Positions 9,741 to 17,300 of a stretch of 64,000 nucleotides of DNA are shown in pieces. Every line of letters starts with the position of its first letter. Position 1 is the stretch's first letter. Made by a program: the position numbers and the translations under genes. Source of the DNA: Planctomycetota bacterium (GTDB taxonomy: Bacteria; Planctomycetota; PLA2; JAEUHO01); assembly GCA_965223505.1 (NCBI GenBank), contig CBDCWP010000042.1, positions 76,520 to 140,519 on the forward strand, given 5' to 3'. The notes beneath the pieces are model-generated. The model worked only from the letters and a program-made list of their open reading frames with translations, was not told where the DNA came from and did no database searches.

Positions 9741-12550
9741 TACCTCCGCACGTACTTGCCGCCGTTGGCTGCGGCCAGGCGCTCGAGCAGATCCGAGTCT
9801 CGGCCGATCGAGACGCAGTGGATCGCGATCCGCCGTGACTGGTTCAAGCGGCGCACGCCACGCAGGATGTCCGGGGTCGTCACGAACTTCCCCGATCCCG
9901 GCGCGCCGTCGGACAGGACGAAGATCGTGTCGACGTCGTCCATGAGCAGCGCGAGCTCGACACCGTCGTAGAGATTCGTTCCGCCCGTCGGCTTCATGTC
10001 CAGCAGGTGCTTCTTCAAGATCCCACGGTTGCGGGACGACAGCTTCTGCAGCTTGTCCTTCCACGGGTGGATCGTGGTGTGGAACATCACCACGTTCACG
10101 CGCGCGCGGTCGTTGAGCTTGCCGATGGCGCCGAGCACCTCCCGGACGGCGACGTCGAGCTGATTGAGCCGCTCCTTCTCCTCGTCGTCGAGAGACGCCG
10201 CCGGCGAGCTCATCGAGCCGGACTGGTCGATGACGAACACGACGCGCTCCGTCTTCACCGGAATGCCGTAGAAGCCCGCACCCGTGCCGCCGACGTCCGA
10301 GTCCACCCGCTCGGGAATCTCGACCGGCACCTCGAACGTCGCCTGGTTCTTGTTCCACCAGTCGCGCCAGATGCGCGGATTGTCGTACAGCGGCTGCCCG
10401 GTCAACCGGAACAGCGCGTCCGCGATCGCGTCGCGAATCCGCGGCACGTCTTCGTTCTCGAGCCGGTCGATGAGCGGCTCGATGCCCGACTTGCAACGCA
10501 ACGCCTCGATCGCTTGGATCGCCGCTAGGCGGACCTGCCACTCGTCGTGACGGAGACTCGGCGCGACCTTCTTGCACAGCTGTGTCTGGCCCGACGCCCG
10601 GGCGGCATCGAGCGCCAGGATGCGATCGATACGCCGCTTGGACGTGAGCAGCTTGAGCAAGAACGCGCGCGCCTTGTCGTCGCCCATGCCCACCCGTGCG
10701 AGCGCGCGAATGGCGGCCTGACGCGGGGCGTCCTTGACGGGATCCTTGCTCGCCTTCTTCTTCGCGAATTTCAGCAGCAGAGGGACCGCCGCCGGGTCGT
10801 CGTGATCGCCCAGGGCTTCGAGCTGCGCCGCGCGCGCGTCCGGGTCCTTTTCCTTCTTCGCGCGCTTGAGCAACGCCTTGGTCACGTCCCGGTGCGGGAT
10901 CCCGGCCAGCACCTCCGCCGCGACGGCCCGCAACGCCGGCGACTTGGCGTCGACGGCCTTCACGATCGCGGCGACGCTCTTCGGCGCGCGAATGAACCGA
11001 AGCGCGTCCAGCGCGTTCGACCGGATCTCCTCGTCGAGCCCCTCGCGCTCCAACATGGCCAGCAGCGCTTCCACGCTCTTGGGATCGCCCTGCATGCCGA
11101 GAATCGTGACCACCTCCCGGGCCTCGAATCGCGTGAGCTCGGGATCCTCGGCGAGCCCGATCGCGACGTCGCGCGTCAAGGGGTGCCGCAGGTCGTGCAG
11201 GTCCTCCAGGACCTCCAGGCGCAACCGGCGGTCGTTTGAACGCGCGGCTTCCAGCATGAGCTCCATCGGCGGGCCGCCCTTCAGGTACCGCAGGCCGTAT
11301 CCGTAGAGCGCTTCGCGAACGTCCTTGCGCGACTTGTACGCGTCGAGAATCGCCTTGCGGGACCCGTCGGTGCGCATCCCGGCGAGGTACATCGCGGCTG
11401 AGCGAACGGCCGTCGCCTCGCCCTTCGCCACGATCTTCTCGTAGACCCTCGCGCGATCCGGGTGCCCCATGCCTTGGAGCGCGTAGACGGCGGCGTTCTG
11501 GATGTTCGCGTCGCTCTGGCCGGCATAGCCCATGACGGCGCTGCCGCCGATCTTCAGGTAGCAGGCGTAACCCATGGCCTGGATCGCCTGCTGCCGGATG
11601 TACTTCTCGGCGTCCGCGTCCGCGATCCTCTTCAGCACACGAAACGCGTCGTCCGTGCCCACGCGGCCGATCTCCCGCACGGTGTCGTAGCGGTCCACGA
11701 ACGACTTCGACGTCTTCTTCTCCTTCTCGAAGAGCTGCTTGAGCTCGGCCAGCGACTTGTCGGGTGGCGACGTCTTGCGACCGCTCGACATGACGCCCCT
11801 GTTTTGCCACTTGCGCGGCTTCGCGTCGGGCACGGCCGCGGCTCGAACGAAGGTGAGCGTGCGACCCGAAGCGTCGGTTCGTTTCGCGATCCAGCCCTCG
11901 TCGCCGACGCGGAACGCGACATCGGGCTTGACCTGCTCGTCGTCGGCGCCGTACGTGTCGAACGTGCCGTTGCCGTTCAGGTCGACGAAGACCGTGTCGC
12001 GCGCGTGGTCGAAGCGAAGATCCGAGGTGTTGTCGCACAGCGCGACGAGGCGCAGACGGCCGCCCAGCACGGCACGACCGCGACGGTGCACGTTCGGACG
12101 CACCATCAGGGAGTCGATCGCGAGTTTCGGCCTGTACGTGAAGTGCAGCGAGACGGGCGTCGGCCGCTCGTCCCCCTCATACGAGATCAAGACGGTCTGA
12201 TCGCGTTCGTACTCGTTGCCCTCCTTGCGCATCCAGACGCGCTTCTCGTCGCGGAGCTGTCCGTCCATGTTGTGATCGACCCACAGCCGCGGCCCCTCCG
12301 GGCGCGCGTCCATGGCGATCAACAGCCCCCTGGTGCCGGCCATGACGATGCGGCTGTAGCGCGGCGTGCGAACGGCCGGAAGCGCGGCCAGGCCCTTGGG
12401 CGGGTCCGGTTTCAGCGGGACGCGGTTGGCGCCCAGCGAATCGATGCGGCCCGGCTCGAACGCCAGGTGCGCGACGATCGTCTCCACATCCTCGCCGTCG
12501 GCGCGCGCGGGCAGCGCGACGACGAGGCACGACAGGGCGAGGAGCAGCAT
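9740..12550 (-). CDS. Exported HEAT-repeat protein with a C-terminal VWA domain
   Basis: Signal peptide MLLLALSCLVVALPARA, a long HEAT-repeat array, and VWA/MIDAS motifs FVIDQSGSM, GGTNLYDG, LSDGAP. The upstream part of the track ORF is antisense to the antiporter. Confidence 0.85.
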   Translation of the reverse strand: MLLLALSCLVVALPARADGEDVETIVAHLAFEPGRIDSLGANRVPLKPDPPKGLAALPAVRTPRYSRIVMAGTRGLLIAMDARPEGPRLWVDHNMDGQLRDEKRVWMRKEGNEYERDQTVLISYEGDERPTPVSLHFTYRPKLAIDSLMVRPNVHRRGRAVLGGRLRLVALCDNTSDLRFDHARDTVFVDLNGNGTFDTYGADDEQVKPDVAFRVGDEGWIAKRTDASGRTLTFVRAAAVPDAKPRKWQNRGVMSSGRKTSPPDKSLAELKQLFEKEKKTSKSFVDRYDTVREIGRVGTDDAFRVLKRIADADAEKYIRQQAIQAMGYACYLKIGGSAVMGYAGQSDANIQNAAVYALQGMGHPDRARVYEKIVAKGEATAVRSAAMYLAGMRTDGSRKAILDAYKSRKDVREALYGYGLRYLKGGPPMELMLEAARSNDRRLRLEVLEDLHDLRHPLTRDVAIGLAEDPELTRFEAREVVTILGMQGDPKSVEALLAMLEREGLDEEIRSNALDALRFIRAPKSVAAIVKAVDAKSPALRAVAAEVLAGIPHRDVTKALLKRAKKEKDPDARAAQLEALGDHDDPAAVPLLLKFAKKKASKDPVKDAPRQAAIRALARVGMGDDKARAFLLKLLTSKRRIDRILALDAARASGQTQLCKKVAPSLRHDEWQVRLAAIQAIEALRCKSGIEPLIDRLENEDVPRIRDAIADALFRLTGQPLYDNPRIWRDWWNKNQATFEVPVEIPERVDSDVGGTGAGFYGIPVKTERVVFVIDQSGSMSSPAASLDDEEKERLNQLDVAVREVLGAIGKLNDRARVNVVMFHTTIHPWKDKLQKLSSRNRGILKKHLLDMKPTGGTNLYDGVELALLMDDVDTIFVLSDGAPGSGKFVTTPDILRGVRRLNQSRRIAIHCVSIGRDSDLLERLAAANGGKYVRR

Positions 12551-12649
12551 CTGCTTCAAGGGCCCGGATTCTAGCCGTCGGAGCGCCGCGGCGCTGCACA
12601 CGGGTCCCGTCGGACGGGTGGCGGAGAATCCGGAGCACCCGGAGGCTCC

Positions 12650-14347
12650 GTGCTCGCAACGCTGCTCTTTGAACCCGAGCCTCTCCTGGTCCTGGCGTTG
12701 GTCCTCGTCGTCGGCGTCGCCTCGGGCGCGATCGCGCGGCGTCTGGGCCTGCCCTCCGTCACGGGACAGATCCTCGCCGGCATCTGCCTCGGCCCGATCT
12801 TCCACGTGTTCGAGCACGCGACGATCACGGGCTTCGCCCCCGTCATCGACTTCGCCCTGGGCCTCATGGCGGTCGCGGTCGGCAGCCACCTCCAGATCGC
12901 CCGGCTCAAGTCGGCGGCGCGCCGGCTCTCGCTGCTCATCCTGGCGGAGGCCCTTCTGACGCCGGCATTGGTGTTCGGGGGCGTCATGATCGTCGGCGGT
13001 GTGGAGTGGGATGCCGGATTGATCCTGGCGACGATCGCCGTCTCGACGGCGCCGGCCACGATCCTGGCGATCGTGAAAGAGACGCGCTCGAAGGGGGTCT
13101 TCGTCAAGACGCTCGTCGCGGCGGTCGCGCTGAACAACATCGTGTGCATCGCGCTTTTCGAGTTTGCGCACACCGCGGCGCTGCAAGCCGTCGGCGGAAC
13201 GAACGGCGTCTCGACCTGGGCGCTCTTGCTGGCGCCGCTCGAACAGCTTCTCTTCGCGGTCGTCCTGGGCAGCGGCGTCGCGATCCTGCTCGTCGTCGCG
13301 ACGCGCCACGTGGTGCGCACCGATCAGATGACGACGCTCTCGTTCATCACCATCCTGCTGACGGCGGGACTCGCCGCGCAGCTGGGCGTCTCGTCGCTCT
13401 TGGCCTGTCTCGTCTTGGGCGTCGTCCTCGCCAACCTCACGCCGGACAAGGAAGAGATCGGTCACAGCGTCTTCGAGAGCTTCGAGACGGCGATCTTCGC
13501 GATCTTCTTCACGTTGGCCGGCATGGAGCTGAACTTCGACTACGCGCTGGAGGCCGGCGTGCTGGCGCTGGTCGTCGTCAGCATGCGCGGCGCCGGCAAG
13601 CTGCTGGCCGGACGATTCGCCATGGGCTTGGCCGACACGACCGACCGGGTGCGCAAGAACCTCGGGCTTGCGCTCCTTCCGCAGGCGGGCCTGGCGGTGG
13701 GCCTGATGCTGCTCGTCACGGAAGACACGCGCTTCCCGGAGGAGATGCGCGCGGTCATCCTCGCGACGGTGCTCACGGTCGTGACGATCAACGAGATCAT
13801 CGGACCGGTCTGCACGCGCATCGCGCTCGCGCGCTCGGGCGACATCGGCCGCGACCGATCGCGCCTCATCGACTTCATCCACGAAGAGCACATCGTGACG
13901 GACCTGGAGGCCGAAAGCGTCGAGGAGGCGCTCGAGAAGCTCACGGATGTGCTCGTGCGGACGAACGATCTGCAGGCGAACCGCGACGCCATTCTCGCCT
14001 CGGCGCTCGAGCGGGAGTCACGCGGCTCGACGTGCCTCGGCGACGGCCTTGCGGTTCCGCATGCCGATCTCGAGGAAGGCGACGAGATCGTGGGCGCGGT
14101 CGGCATCAGCAGCGAAGGACTTCACTTCGAAACGCCCGACGGCGCGCCTGTGCACTGCATGGTGCTGATCGCGACGCCGCCGTCCCAGCGCGACCACCGG
14201 CTGGAGGTCATCACGGCGTTTTCGCGCGCGATCTTCAGCGACCGCGGCATCGAGCAACAGCTCTACCACGCCCGGACGCCGGCGCACGCGTACGAGCTCC
14301 TTCATCACGAGGAGTCGGAGGACTTCAACCACTTCCTCGAAGACTGA
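12650..14347 (+). CDS. Cation:proton antiporter (Na_H_Exchanger fold) fused to a C-terminal PTS EIIA (Fru/Ntr-type) domain
   Basis: About 12 TM helices with STAPA, FFTLAG and PQAGLAVG motifs; C-terminal ERESRGSTCLGDGLAVPHA and FETPDGAPV EIIA motifs. Confidence 0.88.
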   Translation: MLATLLFEPEPLLVLALVLVVGVASGAIARRLGLPSVTGQILAGICLGPIFHVFEHATITGFAPVIDFALGLMAVAVGSHLQIARLKSAARRLSLLILAEALLTPALVFGGVMIVGGVEWDAGLILATIAVSTAPATILAIVKETRSKGVFVKTLVAAVALNNIVCIALFEFAHTAALQAVGGTNGVSTWALLLAPLEQLLFAVVLGSGVAILLVVATRHVVRTDQMTTLSFITILLTAGLAAQLGVSSLLACLVLGVVLANLTPDKEEIGHSVFESFETAIFAIFFTLAGMELNFDYALEAGVLALVVVSMRGAGKLLAGRFAMGLADTTDRVRKNLGLALLPQAGLAVGLMLLVTEDTRFPEEMRAVILATVLTVVTINEIIGPVCTRIALARSGDIGRDRSRLIDFIHEEHIVTDLEAESVEEALEKLTDVLVRTNDLQANRDAILASALERESRGSTCLGDGLAVPHADLEEGDEIVGAVGISSEGLHFETPDGAPVHCMVLIATPPSQRDHRLEVITAFSRAIFSDRGIEQQLYHARTPAHAYELLHHEESEDFNHFLED

Positions 14348-14356
14348 TCTCGCGCG

Positions 14357-17300
14357 CTAGCGGAAGTACCAGGGCTGACAGAGGCCGGTTTGCTCACATG
14401 CGTAGCCGAGGCGCTGGATCAACGTCAGGGCCTTGTCGCGGATCGGATGCGAGACGATGCCGCTTTCGCACGTGCCGTAGGTCGACCAGGGACCACCGCA
14501 ATCGGTACCTGTCAGGTTGGGATACGGCATCGGAACCGGCGACGGCGCCGCCGGGGTCACGCACGCACCGAGGCTCGTCGTCAGTCCCTGACCGATCGCC
14601 TGGTTGAGCAACGACTGTGACAACGCGTTGTCGTGCATCACATATGCGTCGATCGGCGTGGATGCGCCGGCGTACGGGCTGTCGTAGGCGTGGGTGGCGT
14701 ACGAAGGGGTACTCCCTGGGCGGTGCGTCGGATCCACCACCAACGGTGCCATCTCGAACGGACTCATGTGTGCGTTCGTCACGAACGCGTCGGACGACGT
14801 CGACGTGCCGCGCGTGGCGTTCATCAGGTTGCTGCCCGCGTCGTGCCGGGTCCCGCGGCCGACGTACAGGGCGGCCCCGACACTGCCTCCGATCTTGAGC
14901 TTGCCGTCCTCGTACCCGATGACCGAGTGGTTCAAAGGCCTTTCGCCCGCGAATGACTCGACCGTCGTCGACGCTTCGTCGCGGAGCTGGAGCTCGAATT
15001 CGAGGCGATTGTCGTGGCACGCGTAGAAGATGCCTTCCTCTTCCATGAGCCGGTTCACGAAGTTCAGGTCGCTCTCGTTGTACCGCGCGTTGTAGACCCG
15101 GCCCGTGATCACCGGCCGATCGGGATCGCCTTCCACGAACATCGTCGCCAGCACCTCGCTCTCGCGCAGGATCAACCCCAGCCCCGCGCCCTGCGCGCCG
15201 TTCCCGGAGCCGGAGACGGCGTACGAGCTGACGCGCGCCTTCTCGAGCTTGATGGTGTAGCGCCCCATCGGATCGGCGGCGTTGATGGGGTCGTTGCCCG
15301 CGAAGGCGAGCGGGTTGCCGTCGGATGCGGCGTCGCCGTACTTCCCCAGGGGATCGCGACAGGCGAACTCCGCGTCTCGGGGGTCGCGGTACCGGGCGCG
15401 GTGGTGGTAGAGCGCGGTGAACGTGTCCCAGCGCCGGCCGTGCTGCAGGAACGGGTTTTCCAGCGGGCTGCCGGCGGTTGCGGCGAGCGTCGTCGCGTCG
15501 TGCACGGAGGGGAAGTCGAGCACGCCGTAGGCGTTGAACTCCACCGGCGCGCCTTGCTCGTTCACGAGGTGCGTGACGTTGCCCGACGGTCCGCGCAGAT
15601 GGAAGAAGTAGGCGTCCGGCGTGATGTCCCTGCCGGAGTCGGCGAACATCGCGTGGATCGAGTCGGTGCCCTCGCCGTAGACGAATTCCCGCGTCAAGGT
15701 CTCCGGCAACGCGGCGGTCGAGACGCGCTCCTCGACGACGTGTTCGCCGTCGTACACGTAGTGCTCCGTGCGCAGGCCCTTGCCGCCGCCGCTGAACTCC
15801 TTGGACACGCGCCGTCCGAGCGCGTCGTAGGTGTTGACGCCGACAACCGCGTTGGGGTTGACCGCGAGCCGAACGGCGCGTAGACGGCCGAACCCGTCCC
15901 ACTGCAGCAAACGCACGGGGTCCTCCGAGCGCATGCCGCAGCCCGTGCCGCCGCCGTCAGCCTGATACGGCGCATCGGCGATCGCGTGCAGCGGCGTGCG
16001 ATTGATCGCCCGGTTGGTGGTCCCGCCCGCGCCCAAGTCCTCGAAGACATTCTTGATCGCCTGCGCGCCGTCATACGTGACGTCGACGTTTCGTTGCGCG
16101 GCGCCGCCGAGGCTCGTGGTCTCCATCGCGTCTTCGGTCGTGAGCCGGCCACGCGAGTCGTAGCTCCAGGCGAACGCCCGCGACATCTGCGGACCTCCGG
16201 GTGTGACATAGGCGTACGCCGCCGTGGTCATCTGGTCCGTGCGATTGCGCGCCGAGATCTGTACGCCGCCGACGCCGGCGCCCGGCTGATCGATGTGCGC
16301 CACGCTCGCGATCAACAGCTTGCCGTCGAACGTCGCGGTCGTTCGGCTGCGTTGCGTCCCGCCGATGAGCCTCTCGACGCGCAGCACCTGCGCCGTCCCC
16401 AGTCGTCGCAGCAGGATCTCGAGACGGTTCGGGGTCGCGGCGGGTTCGACGATGCCGGTCAGCTGATTGTGATCGTCGTACTCGTACCGCAGCACGCGTC
16501 CCTCGGGGAAGTGCAGCGTGCTGCGCCGATCCGCGTCGTAGCTCGTTCCGGTCGCGACGCCGTTTTGCACCTCCTCGACGCGGCGGGAGAGCGAGTCGTA
16601 CAGGAAGCGCACCGTCGCGTCGTCGCCCGCGTCGCCGGGCTCGTTGTTGTCCGTGCAGACGATCTTGCGGGAGAGCCCGTCGTAGTCGTAGGTGAGCTCC
16701 GTCGAGCCGACGTAGAGCGGCAGCGTCCCGCCGGCGATGGTCCGCGTCGGGTCGGGCGCGACGGTGTGACTGCGCAGCCGGTCGAGAGCGTCGTACGTGA
16801 ACGTGTGGACGGTGCCGTTTTCGTCCGTCGACGACGTGACGCGGTGGTCGCGGTCGAACGTCCAGGTGCACACGCCGCCGTCGGGGTTCGTGCGCGAAAC
16901 GCGCCGGTCGATCGCGTCGTAGGCGTACTGCGTCGTGTTGCCGGCGTCGTCTGTGCGCTCGGCGACGCGCCCGTTGGGATCCCACTCGCTCAGGAGCCGA
17001 ATCAGACCGTCGTTGTTGTGGCTGTTCGTAGTGTCGAGCGCGTTGGCGCCCTCGCCGCCGACGCGTAGCTCGCGCGTGACGAGCCACGGGCGATCCACCC
17101 CGTCGTAGTCCACGAACAGACCGTTGCCGTGGCCGTTGATCGGTCCCGGAAACAGCGCGAGCGGGTCGCTGATCAGCACCCCGCGCGCGTCGTACTGCGC
17201 GGTCAGGTTCCCGCGGCTGTCGTACTCGAAGCGCGTGGTCTGTCCCTTCGGATCCGTGACGCGGGTGACGCGGTTCAGGACGTCGTAGACGTAGTGCGTC

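Noticed and set aside
12560..13891. N-terminal extension of the 1383-aa VWA ORF
   Set aside because: It is the antisense shadow of the antiporter gene; the signal peptide and -10 box place the start at 12550-12559.
14357..15262. Degenerate T6SS operon, or a true C-terminal VgrG/PAAR domain
   Set aside because: The pieces are only 16-20 aa, come from different genes, are out of native order and sit in a single open frame. No other T6SS gene is in the window.
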